DNA from: Candidatus Eiseniibacteriota bacterium
GTDB lineage: Bacteria > Eisenbacteria > RBG-16-71-46 > SZUA-252
Direction: 5' to 3'
DNA: 64,000 nucleotides
Assembly (NCBI GenBank): GCA_963703225.1
Contig: OY969801.1
Location: 928,001 to 992,000 of the forward strand
The translations under genes and the position numbers were made by a program. The notes below the pieces were generated by a model, which was given only the letters and a program-made list of their open reading frames with translations, searched no databases and was not told the DNA's origin. Numbering within the stretch: the stretch's first letter is position 1; each line of letters opens with the position of its first letter. Below are positions 39,431 to 48,713 of the stretch, one piece after another.

Positions 39431-40867
39431 TCAGAACTTGACCAACATCGCGAACGTGAGCCGGTTCTCACCCTTGCGCAGGTCCGGTGTGAATCCGGCG
39501 ACCGTGGAGCCTGGCGGGCCAGTGTTTCCGCCCGGCGGAGTCACGCCGCCGCGGCCCGCGAAATAGGGGACGTTGGCTTCACGATGATTGTATTCCGCGC
39601 GAAACGTTATGTACTGGTTTGGCATGTGGTCGATGGTCACCGAGGTGTCCCACGCTTCGAACGGATCGCCGGGGGCTGCCGTGAAATAGGGAGTCCCGGA
39701 GTATGCCGTGGCGCCATTGATCGGCGGCACCAGCACGAGATAGCGTCCAGGATTCCGGATCGCACCACCACCTAACGTCAGAGCGTACCGGTCCTCATGG
39801 AACCAAAAGCGGTTATATGCCATGAATCCGACGAACGACTGCGCCGGATTCGTATCGTCTCCGGATATGCTGACCCCTCCGCCGCTCTCGGCGCCTGCAT
39901 CGACGGTCACCGTGAACGCCCCTTTGCTCACCGACGATCCCGGATGGTCGAGGTACTTGACCTGGACGCTGTTGTCGGTGTGAACGCGCTTTCGGTCCGG
40001 ATTGCCTATCGTGTCCTTACCCCAATAGTTGTTCGAAAGAAGCGAGAGTGATCCCGTCGGGCGCCAAAGCATCTGCATCCCGAGTCCGGGCGTTTCGTTG
40101 AACATGCCGTAGGACTGCCATCCATTGACGATCCAGGGCTCGATCTTCAGCTTGTCGCTGGGGAAGAACTGGATCCGGATTCCATTGAAGAACCAGGGTG
40201 TATTCGACGAGACGTACGATGGCTGGTACGCCCAGTTGTCAAATTGATAGTAGCTGTAGAGGCCCACGTACGACATGAAAATGCCGGCGTCCACGTTGAT
40301 TCCGTTCATCTTGTCGATGTGATACCCGCCGTAGATCTCCGACAGGTACCGATAGGCATTGTCGAGGTTCCACTGTCCGCGCGCAGGGCTGGCGTCATTG
40401 CGCGGGGTCATCGTGGAGTACATCCCGAATTGGGTCATGAGGCGGGCACGAACGTTCTCGTAGTGAAAGTCGCCCCCGATACCGAACTGCTGCACCTGCA
40501 CCTCTTCCGTGCGGCCGAGTTCGGAGGATCCGACGAGCGTGTGGTCCTTTGGTTGTTGAAAGGCATGGATGTAATTGATGTCGGCCCGCACCTCGCCGGT
40601 GAAGTACTTGGAGTCGATCAGCGCGGATTTCTGGCGACTGTTTCCTGTCAGCCACGTGAAGTCCGCGAAGGCGAACGGATCGGGCTTCTTCGCCGGACCG
40701 GACGCAGCGTTCGTGACCGCCCCAGTGTCCGCGGCGGCGGCGTCTTCAGCGCGAGCGGGCTGCACCCCGATCAGGCCGCCGAGCAAAAGAAGAATCGGAA
40801 GCGCGGTCAGGGATCGCCGCGCGCGAACAGCGAACGAATCCGGTGAAGTACGAATCGAGCTCGACAT
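39431..40867 (-). CDS. Outer-membrane beta-barrel protein (DUF1597/BBP2 putative porin-like)
   Basis: Signal peptide; DAGIFMSYVG, NTPWFFNG, VNGWQ; C-terminal AMLVKF. Confidence 0.8.
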   Translation of the reverse strand: MSSSIRTSPDSFAVRARRSLTALPILLLLGGLIGVQPARAEDAAAADTGAVTNAASGPAKKPDPFAFADFTWLTGNSRQKSALIDSKYFTGEVRADINYIHAFQQPKDHTLVGSSELGRTEEVQVQQFGIGGDFHYENVRARLMTQFGMYSTMTPRNDASPARGQWNLDNAYRYLSEIYGGYHIDKMNGINVDAGIFMSYVGLYSYYQFDNWAYQPSYVSSNTPWFFNGIRIQFFPSDKLKIEPWIVNGWQSYGMFNETPGLGMQMLWRPTGSLSLLSNNYWGKDTIGNPDRKRVHTDNSVQVKYLDHPGSSVSKGAFTVTVDAGAESGGGVSISGDDTNPAQSFVGFMAYNRFWFHEDRYALTLGGGAIRNPGRYLVLVPPINGATAYSGTPYFTAAPGDPFEAWDTSVTIDHMPNQYITFRAEYNHREANVPYFAGRGGVTPPGGNTGPPGSTVAGFTPDLRKGENRLTFAMLVKF

Positions 40868-40913
40868 GTTTCCCCCAAGCGGTACGGTACGGAACGTCAA
40901 AACTTGCGCAGCC

Positions 40914-40968
40914 ACGGTAGCAAGTCAGACATCAAGGAGGTGTCAAGACGGAGTCAGCAGACGTAAGG
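40914..40968 (-). promoter_or_regulatory. Putative KdpE-activated promoter of the porin-kdp operon
   Basis: Extended -10 TGcTACCGT; no consensus -35 at 17 bp; four related hexamers (CCTTAC, GCTGAC, CTTGAC, CTTGAT) at 10-11 bp period. Confidence 0.5.
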
Positions 40969-41348
40969 ATTTGAGTAGTCTTCAACCGGTGGGGAGCGAT
41001 AGTCCCCACTTGGCCATGAAGACTTGGAAGTCTCTATGCCCGCGCTAATTGCCACCCCGGGCGGATTATTATTGGCCGGCCGCGCTCACGTCCTGAATCA
41101 TGGGCGAACTCTAGAGACGTTTCGCGGGACGCTACAGAGACGCACGGGCCCTAGAAGACAGGAACCACCACTGTTCCTGGAGGGCCCAATTGGCAGGAGC
41201 GTCCCGCCGAATTCGGGGAAGAACTAGAGAGAGCGTCCTCGCGCGAGGTCCCCCCCTCGCGCGTGAAGTGGAGATAGCCCCACTCGTCGGGAAAGTAACA
41301 GTGCCAGTCCATGCGCCGCGCACCAGCGCGGACGAAAGGAGCGATTCA

Positions 41349-41648
41349 ATGACCTCCAAGCTGTTCCTCGCGGTTCTGTTCGGCCTCACGCTCGTCGTAG
41401 CCGTCGTTCCCCAGGCGTCCGCTGACGTTGCGGTTTGGGGACCGTCCACGGGAGCCGTGGCGCTCACGGCGGATCCATACCTCGACGTGGCCGTGGTCAC
41501 GACGTCGGTCTTTCAAGCCCACTATTGTCCGTGCCACATCTTTGTCGCCTGCGGGGGCCAGCCGGTCGGCTACGATTGCGCTGAACCGTCCAATTGTTGC
41601 CACTGCTACGGACCCACACCCCAGACGCGGACCTGTGTGGGCAACTAG
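41349..41648 (+). CDS. Small secreted Cys-rich precursor peptide (99 aa, 8 Cys in the last 40 residues)
   Basis: SD AAAGGAG; signal peptide ending ASA; core C-x-C-x5-C-x8-C-x5-CC-x-C-x9-C. Confidence 0.82.
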   Translation: MTSKLFLAVLFGLTLVVAVVPQASADVAVWGPSTGAVALTADPYLDVAVVTTSVFQAHYCPCHIFVACGGQPVGYDCAEPSNCCHCYGPTPQTRTCVGN

Positions 41649-41712
41649 CAGCATTCATTCCTGATAGGGGCCGCTCATTCGGCTATGCCCCTCGGAACAA
41701 CCAAAGTGTGGC

Positions 41713-41740
41713 CCGGGGGGGAGAGGATTCTCCCCCCCGG
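41713..41740 (+). other. Perfect 12-bp intergenic stem-loop without U-tract
   Basis: CCGGGGGGGAGA-GGAT-TCTCCCCCCCGG. Confidence 0.8.
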
Positions 41741-41755
41741 CCAAGGGGGTACTTC

Positions 41756-43027
41756 GTGCGAAGACTGCCAATGCTGATCGCCAATATGGTGGGCCTACTC
41801 TTGTCGAGTGTCCCGTCAGTATATGGGGGCGCGCCGTCGACGGAGACCAGTAGTCCAGGCGAGATCCATGTCTCGTTCCGCAGAGAGGTCGTCAATCTGG
41901 AGAGCCTCGCCGCACAGTTGGTCAGGGCCGCGCCACAGAGCGTTCGTCGCCCCCCTCCGGCCAAGGGTGATTTATGGTTTGGCGAAATCCCGCGGCAGCT
42001 GCCCGATGACGACATTGCCTCTCGGAGGCATCACGTGGCCTTCGCCGTCCTCTTCGAGGGTACGACGGCGGTCCGAGCCTGGTGCGACACGAATCTCAAC
42101 GGAGATCTCTCGGATGACCCGGAAGCGAAGCTATCTCTCTACCCAGGAAGCAAGCCGGCACGTTCGTTTCTGGGAGATTTGCACTGGTCCGTCCCATATG
42201 AGGGGACCGATATTCCAATCGACCGCCTCACCCGGATCGTCGTCGAATCGCCGGACTCCTTGACAGGCCCACGAAATTATCGAGTCCAGAGCGTCTTCGG
42301 AATGTTGGGGAGTTTGGACTTGGACGGCTCCAAGCGGTCGGTGTTGCTCTTTGACGCGAATCAGGACGGCCTCTACTCGAAGGGGAAGTCGGATGGGGTC
42401 TTTTTCGATTTGGACGGCGATCGTCACTTTACCATCGACCTGATGGCGCCGGAGTTCGGCCCGCTCGCGGTGCCGTTTTCTATGGGCCGAAACTCCTATG
42501 TCGTGGATGCCGTCGATGCACAGGGCGCCGAAATGGCGCTGCATGTCGTGGGACCCGCCACCGAAAGCACCACACCTGCTGTAGGGGACGTCATCCCAGA
42601 CTTTGCCTATACGGACCTACAAGGACTGCAGAATCACCTCGCGGGCTATCGAGGAAATCCTGTCGCCGTCTACTTCTGGGCCTCCTGGTGCGGAGCGTGC
42701 AAACGTCAAGCAGAGGCCCTGCGCCTTCTCTACGAACGCTATAGGAACTCGCGGGTGGAGATCCTGGGCGTCTCGTACGATACGGACCGGAATCAGATGC
42801 AGCGCTTCCGTGAGGAGAATGGCCAATCTTGGCCGACGTCATTCACAGGCGGCTTGCCAGCCGAAGATCCCGTAGGCCGTCTGTTTCGTGAACCGGGGGC
42901 TGGCGTATTTTACGTCGTGGCGCCCGATGGACGCCTTGCGGCCAAGGTGTACGATGTGGATGAATTGGACCTGCAACTACGCAAGCTGGTCGGGAGGGAA
43001 GCGCGGGAGACACGATCCGCACCTTAG
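41756..43027 (+). CDS. Exported protein with N-terminal Dx[DN]xDG-like loops and C-terminal TlpA/thioredoxin domain
   Basis: GTG after AAGGGGG; signal-like N-terminus; DTNLNGD, DANQDG, DLDGD; VGDVIPDF, FWASWCGAC, ILGVSYD. Confidence 0.85.
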   Translation: MRRLPMLIANMVGLLLSSVPSVYGGAPSTETSSPGEIHVSFRREVVNLESLAAQLVRAAPQSVRRPPPAKGDLWFGEIPRQLPDDDIASRRHHVAFAVLFEGTTAVRAWCDTNLNGDLSDDPEAKLSLYPGSKPARSFLGDLHWSVPYEGTDIPIDRLTRIVVESPDSLTGPRNYRVQSVFGMLGSLDLDGSKRSVLLFDANQDGLYSKGKSDGVFFDLDGDRHFTIDLMAPEFGPLAVPFSMGRNSYVVDAVDAQGAEMALHVVGPATESTTPAVGDVIPDFAYTDLQGLQNHLAGYRGNPVAVYFWASWCGACKRQAEALRLLYERYRNSRVEILGVSYDTDRNQMQRFREENGQSWPTSFTGGLPAEDPVGRLFREPGAGVFYVVAPDGRLAAKVYDVDELDLQLRKLVGREARETRSAP

Positions 43028-43102
43028 GCGTAGTCCGCTAGGGGATCCCCAGTAAGCACAATTCCCTCGGCATCGGGACTCTGCCTGCCGATATTCTCGC
43101 CC

Positions 43103-44341
43103 ATGATTGGGGAGCGAGTACCGGAAGGATTGCTCGTGCGGCTCCGGCCGCAAGGCGTGGCTCGTTTCTTCCCGGCCGCCTTCTTGCTCTTCTGGCTCTG
43201 CGGCTGGGCGGTGGGGGAGTGCGTCGCGATCGGGTTCCTGGCCAAAGGCGTTCTGGCGCTCATGAACGGAACGCCGTTCGACCAAGGGCAAGCGCACCCC
43301 CTTCCTCTCGGCGTGGCCCTCGGGATGGGGGCGTTCCTCATCCTCTGGCTCGCCCTCTGGACCCTCGGCGGCTTTGGCGCGATGCGCGAGCTGCTCCGGC
43401 TGCTCTGGTCGGAGGACCGACTCATCGCGAGTCGCGATGGGCTCACGCTCGCGCGGTCCCTTGGGCCGTTTCGAACCCGGCGGGAGTTTCCTCGGAGCGA
43501 GCTGCGCCGCATCGTCATCGCGCCCCGCAACACCGCGCTCGGAGTGGAGACCGCTCGGGGCGAGTTCGAGCTTTCCCGGAATGGCACCTGCCGGGAGCGC
43601 GAGGAGGCGCTTCGCGCTTTCCAGGGTGAGCTCGGGCTGAGCGATGCCGCTCCCGAGCCGGAGGCGACGGAGTTGCCCAAGGGGTGGCAGGAGGTCATCA
43701 CGCCCGAGGGAGAGCGGGCGCTGACGGGGGACATTGCCGCCCGCAGGAAGCAAGCCCGGGTGGCCGCGATCGCCGCGGTCGGAGTGGCGGCCGTCGCGAT
43801 CACGGCGTTGGCGCAGCTTCAAAGGGGCCTCGCCGCGCTTCCCGGCGCCATCGTCACGACGCTGATGGCGCTGGGGATCGCGTGCGGTGCCGCCTGGCTC
43901 GCCCGCGGCCGCATGGAATGGCGGATCGGGAGCGGCAGAATCACGCAGCGCCGACGCTTCGGGTCCGACGTGAGGGATCTCTTCGAGGCGGTGCGGCTCG
44001 AGCTGGTCGTGAGCTCTGACGGCGACGGCGATACGGTGTATGCGCTCGAGGCGTTGAACGACGTGGTGGAGCCGCCTCCGACTCCGGGAAAATGGACGCG
44101 TCTCCAGTCAAAGAATCGCCGACGCATCGCGGCGGTGCTCAAAGACCCGCTCGTTCCGCGTCAGCTTGGAACTTGGCTCGAGCGGGCCGCGAGCATCCCG
44201 CTCCAAGACCGCACCACGCCGGAGGCCCGCCAGGCGGAGATGGAAATTCTCCGGGGTCAGCTCGAACAGTCCGGTCCGCTCGGGCGCTTCGCCGCTCGAT
44301 TCATCGCGGACGCAGAGGGGAAGCGCCGGAAGAGCGCCTAA
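43103..44341 (+). CDS. Hypothetical membrane protein with two TM hairpins, each followed by a soluble domain
   Basis: Four hydrophobic segments; FLLFWLCGWAVGE; plausible codon usage. Confidence 0.75.
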   Translation: MIGERVPEGLLVRLRPQGVARFFPAAFLLFWLCGWAVGECVAIGFLAKGVLALMNGTPFDQGQAHPLPLGVALGMGAFLILWLALWTLGGFGAMRELLRLLWSEDRLIASRDGLTLARSLGPFRTRREFPRSELRRIVIAPRNTALGVETARGEFELSRNGTCREREEALRAFQGELGLSDAAPEPEATELPKGWQEVITPEGERALTGDIAARRKQARVAAIAAVGVAAVAITALAQLQRGLAALPGAIVTTLMALGIACGAAWLARGRMEWRIGSGRITQRRRFGSDVRDLFEAVRLELVVSSDGDGDTVYALEALNDVVEPPPTPGKWTRLQSKNRRRIAAVLKDPLVPRQLGTWLERAASIPLQDRTTPEARQAEMEILRGQLEQSGPLGRFAARFIADAEGKRRKSA

Positions 44342-44344
44342 GTC

Positions 44345-45437
44345 TCAGCCGACCGGAGGCGGTGGCGGTGCGAACAGGACCGCCAACCGCGGCACCCGCG
44401 CCATCGGGGTCCAGGCGTCCATCCCCGCGGTCCAGACCAGACTTCCACTCGTCACCTGCCCCGCCGAAACCGCCTGCGTCAACTGGGCCGCCGAGTACGG
44501 GCCAAACGTCCGACCCCCTGACGCAACGTGCCAGATCGCGGGATCGCCCTCGGGCGTGGGCGGGAATCAGCGCCGACGGAGCCTTCGAAGGAGCGCTCAA
44601 CCCGGCCATGGCCATCCCCATCCCCAAGCCAACCCCCGCCCCCGCCAGTCCACCGGCGGGGTTCGCGGCCGCGGTCGGGATGGAGGTCCCGAGCTGATAC
44701 TGCTGATAGCGATCCATGTCTCCAATCACGCCCATGCTCGAGCGCGCGTCGAGCGCCCGCTCGACCTGCTCCGGGACGGAGATGTTCACAATGATGAGCT
44801 GAGGGAGATCGAGGCCGTACGCGTCGTCGATCCGGTCCAGGACTGCCCGGCGAAGCTTCTCGGAGAGCTGGCCATAGTTCGAGGCCAGGTCGACGATCGA
44901 GATCTCGGTGGAGGCGACCAAGTTCGAAAACTCGGAAGCGACGATCGATCGGAGCAGGACATCGATCTCGTCGGTTTCGAACGAGCCGTCGGTCCCCACA
45001 AGCTCGTTCAGGAGCGCTTCGGGTTTGGAGGCTCTCAGCGTGTACGTTCCAAATGCCCGCACCCGGAGCGGCCCAAACTCGGGGTCCCGAAGCAGTACCG
45101 GGTGGGGCGTTCCCCACTTGAGCTCGGTCACCTGACGGGTCGCGACAAAGTAGACCTCGGCCTTGAACGGGCTATTGAACCCAAATTCCCAGCCGCGGAT
45201 GGTGGTCAAGAGGGGCAGGTTCTTGGTCGTCAGCTCGTACGACCCGGGTTGGAACACATCGGCCACGCGTCCGCGATCGACGAAGATCGCGGACTGGCCC
45301 GGCCTCACGACGAGACGGGCTCCGTTCTTGATCTCGTTCTGATAGCGCGGAAACCGCCAGACAAGCGTGTTTCGGGTGTCGTCGACCCACTCGACAATGT
45401 CGACCAGCTCGCCGCGGAGCTTGCTTACGAGTCCCAT
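44345..45437 (-). CDS. SPFH-domain protein (YdjI-like) with C-terminal GYF_2-like domain; frameshift near 44562
   Basis: SD GAGGAGG; SPFKAEVYFV, KWGT, RAFGTY, GVGLGMG; shifted tail WHVASGGRTFGPYS...VWTAGMDAW. Confidence 0.87.
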
Positions 45438-45480
45438 CGTGCCCTCCTCGGATGACGGCTGCGAGCGGCGCTGCCGCCCA

Positions 45481-46377
45481 CTACTTCAATAGCGCTTCGA
45501 GAAGATCGGCGATTCCCCTGAGGCCGCGTCCCGATCCGAACGGCAGTCGTGGGTCGCGCGCCAAGGATCGCGCCCGTTCTTCGGCCATGAGCTGCTCCGC
45601 GGCCAAGAGCGCGGCGGCCTTGGATGGATCAGCGGGGAGCGAGGAGCCTCCGTTCTTGGCGTCCGCAGCGGCCCGCTCGAGGCCGCCCTCGAGAACGAAC
45701 GCCGCGATGTCTTCCATTTCGTCCGCGTCGAGCCAGGTCCCGTGGCTGCCGCACCAATCGACGATCACCCCAGACCGGTGCGCGAAATTCTTTCGCTGCA
45801 TCGCCACGCCGCACTCGGGGCACCGACGATAGGAGACCTCGCCCTGCCACGTGGCGCGTCGCTCGCGATGCGCTCGGTCGCTCAACGGCTCGCCATCCCG
45901 CTTTCGCCTCTCTCGGACGCGATCGACCAACCGGTCCATCACGTCGCCCGGCGCCCAAAGGCCGAGGCACATGGGGCACTCATCGGCCCAGAGGCCGCCG
46001 AGGTTGCGCGCGGCGAGGCGGATTCCGGGGCAGATCGGGCACTCCAGCGGATCAACGCTCCGACGAATCGGCTGAGGGAGAAACGCGACCCCGCACGACG
46101 TGCAATGCCGGGCTCCCTCGGGGTTCCGGGCGTAGCACTCAGGACAGACGGGTCCCGTGGGCGTGGGTTGTCTTGCGACCGCGGCCTGGCAGTAGGAGCA
46201 GGTGCGCTCCCCCTCCGCCACGAGCGCGCCGCACGCGGCGCAGCGCGTCACCGCCGCATCGACCGCCTGGGGCGGCTTCGCGGGGATCGTCGCACCGCAG
46301 GGGCACGCCACGGTCTCGTCCGTGATGTTGGCGACGTCGTACTGGGCGTGGCAGTTAGGGCAGGCCACTAGGTTCAC
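45481..46377 (-). CDS. Multi-zinc-ribbon protein
   Basis: Ten knuckles: CPNC, CPC, CAAC, CSYC, CPEC, CTSC, CPIC, CPMC, CPEC, CGSH; TFIIB-like GTWLDADE. Confidence 0.85.
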   Translation of the reverse strand: MNLVACPNCHAQYDVANITDETVACPCGATIPAKPPQAVDAAVTRCAACGALVAEGERTCSYCQAAVARQPTPTGPVCPECYARNPEGARHCTSCGVAFLPQPIRRSVDPLECPICPGIRLAARNLGGLWADECPMCLGLWAPGDVMDRLVDRVRERRKRDGEPLSDRAHRERRATWQGEVSYRRCPECGVAMQRKNFAHRSGVIVDWCGSHGTWLDADEMEDIAAFVLEGGLERAAADAKNGGSSLPADPSKAAALLAAEQLMAEERARSLARDPRLPFGSGRGLRGIADLLEALLK

Positions 46378-46613
46378 GGCGACTTCCCCCGGACAGTCAG
46401 AGGCGTATCCGGTGAGTTATCGGCCTGTTACAGAGCCACCTTGAGGAACGGAACGAGGCAGGGGCATGCCCCGAAATGCCCATGGGGGGCCTGCAACGAC
46501 GGGAATCAAGTACGTGTGGAACATGACGATAACGTGATTTGTAGGGCACCACCCCCGGGCGCGTTGGGCCCAGAGGGCCCTTTCATGCCCATGGCTGCGA
46601 CACGGAGGTCGTC

Positions 46614-48701
46614 ATGAACTCGCCGCGCATCCTGGTTGTCGATGACGAGGAGACGATCCTCTACGTCATCTGTAGGGTGCTCGAGAGCCATGGGTACCAG
46701 GTCCTCGCCGCGGGCACCGCGGAGAAGGGACGTGCGCTCCTCGAAACCGGTCCCATAGATGTCGCTCTCCTCGATCTCGTGCTGCCCGGCCAGAGCGGCC
46801 TCGAGCTGCTGCAGGCGATCAAGCAGCATCACCCCGACACCGAAGTCATCATGATGACGAGTCACGCGTCGATCGACACCGCGGTGCTCGCCATGCGCGA
46901 AGGCGCGTACGACTACCTCCACAAACCCTTCGAAGATATCGACGAGGTCTGGACCTGCGTTTCCCGGGCCCTCGACCGCGGACGCCTGGCTCGCCTGAAC
47001 CGGGAGCTGGTCGCGCGGCAGGAGCAGGCGAACCGCGAGCTATCCGTGCTCGTCCAGCGACTGAAGGCGTTGGTTCACGCGGGCCAGGCGATGGGCAAGC
47101 TACGCACCGAAGCCGAACTCTTGGACTTCGTGCTCCAGCAGGTCCGCCTGGAGCTTGGGGCGGAGCGCATCTCCATCATGTTGGTCAATCCCGAGAGCGG
47201 CTCGCTGCGGATCGCCGCGGCGCTCGGACTCGAGCACCTCCGAGTGGAGGAGATCTTGGTTCCGATGGGCAGCGGGATCGCCGGGCGCGTCGCGGCGACC
47301 GGGGAACCCGTGCTCGCGGTCGCAGGCGACGACCCGGCCGATTCGTTCATGTCGGCCCCGATCGTCATGAGCGCGCCGCTCGTCGGGTGGCACCGCACGC
47401 TCGGGGTGATCAACGTCACGGCTCGTCCCTCCGGAAACCCCTTCGAGCAACAGGATCTTCAGTTCCTCGAAGGGCTCGCCGGCCAGGTCGCGACCTCGAT
47501 CGAGCGCGTGCGACACCTGGAAGAGCTGCAGAAGGCCTACGACTCGCTCAAGTCCGCTCAGGAGCATTCCGTCGCCGTCGAGAAGCTGAGAGCGCTCGGC
47601 CAGATGGCCGCGGGGGTGGCGCACGACTTCAACAACACGCTGGCCGTGATACTTGCCCGCTCCGAGGCGGCCATGTGGGAAACGGACGGCCAGTCGCTCG
47701 ATCCAGCTCGGGTCCGGGGTCAATTGCAGCATGTCTTGGAAGCCGCCCGGGAGGGAGCCGCGACGGTGCGTCGAATCCAGGAGTACTCGGGCATTCGACG
47801 CGATCAACCGGCTGGTTCTGTGGATCTCAACGCAGCGATCCGGAACGTGATCGAGCTGTCTCGGCCGAAGTGGCAGTCGGACCCCGGCGCACAGGGAGTT
47901 CGGATCGAGGTGAAGACCGAGCTTGGAGAGATCCCATCCATCCGAAGCAATCCCGCTGAGCTGAGCGCGATTCTTTCGAACTTGATCTTCAATTCGGTCG
48001 AGGCAATGCCCAAAGGCGGCCGCATCACCTTCACCACGCGCGTGGAGGGAGACCGCGTCCGGCTCGAGATCGCGGACACGGGTGTCGGGATGAACGAGGA
48101 GACCCGGCGCCGCATTTTCGAGCCGTTCTACACGACGAAGAAGACCGGTCAGGGCCTCGGGATGAGCATCGTTCAGGGGATCCTGTCCCGCCACGGGGCC
48201 GAGATCGAGGTGGCGAGCAAGGAAGGCTCTGGAACGGCCATCACGATCCTGATGCCTGCTTCAACCCAGGCGGCCGCCCGGGTCGCCCCGGCGGCGCCGA
48301 CAAAGAAGCCGGCGCGATCCAAGGCGGTACGGCTTTCCGTTCTTCTCGTGGACGATGACGAGCGCGTCCGGACCGTGATGCACGACATGCTCGAGATGGG
48401 CGGGATGGAGGTCGTTTCCGTCGACGGCGGCGAAGCGGCGCTTTCGGCCCTGGAGCGCAAGAAGTTCGACGTAGTCGTGACCGATCTCTCGATGCCCGGC
48501 ATGGGCGGGATCGAGCTTTCAGCGCGGATCAAGGATCTGCATCCGCAGCTCCCGGTGGTGCTCATGAGCGGACGGGCCACCGAACAAGTGGAAGAGGAGA
48601 TCCGGGACGCCCGGATCGACCACGTCCTGCAGAAGCCCTTCGAGATCGCGGCATTGGTGGGCGCCATCGCGGGCCAAATCAAACGCAGCGCAAAGGGCTG
48701 A
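46614..48701 (+). CDS. Cytoplasmic hybrid histidine kinase REC-GAF-HisKA-HATPase-REC
   Basis: ILVVDDE, GSGIAGRV, AHDFNN, DTGVG, GQGLG, LLVDDD, TDLSMP; no TM segment. Confidence 0.92.
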   Translation: MNSPRILVVDDEETILYVICRVLESHGYQVLAAGTAEKGRALLETGPIDVALLDLVLPGQSGLELLQAIKQHHPDTEVIMMTSHASIDTAVLAMREGAYDYLHKPFEDIDEVWTCVSRALDRGRLARLNRELVARQEQANRELSVLVQRLKALVHAGQAMGKLRTEAELLDFVLQQVRLELGAERISIMLVNPESGSLRIAAALGLEHLRVEEILVPMGSGIAGRVAATGEPVLAVAGDDPADSFMSAPIVMSAPLVGWHRTLGVINVTARPSGNPFEQQDLQFLEGLAGQVATSIERVRHLEELQKAYDSLKSAQEHSVAVEKLRALGQMAAGVAHDFNNTLAVILARSEAAMWETDGQSLDPARVRGQLQHVLEAAREGAATVRRIQEYSGIRRDQPAGSVDLNAAIRNVIELSRPKWQSDPGAQGVRIEVKTELGEIPSIRSNPAELSAILSNLIFNSVEAMPKGGRITFTTRVEGDRVRLEIADTGVGMNEETRRRIFEPFYTTKKTGQGLGMSIVQGILSRHGAEIEVASKEGSGTAITILMPASTQAAARVAPAAPTKKPARSKAVRLSVLLVDDDERVRTVMHDMLEMGGMEVVSVDGGEAALSALERKKFDVVVTDLSMPGMGGIELSARIKDLHPQLPVVLMSGRATEQVEEEIRDARIDHVLQKPFEIAALVGAIAGQIKRSAKG

Positions 48702-48713
48702 CGGCCGCGGAGC

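Noticed and set aside
41520..41540. Heme c or Rieske motif in the Cys-rich peptide (CPCH)
   Set aside because: Not CxxCH; lacks the following GS and the first Rieske box
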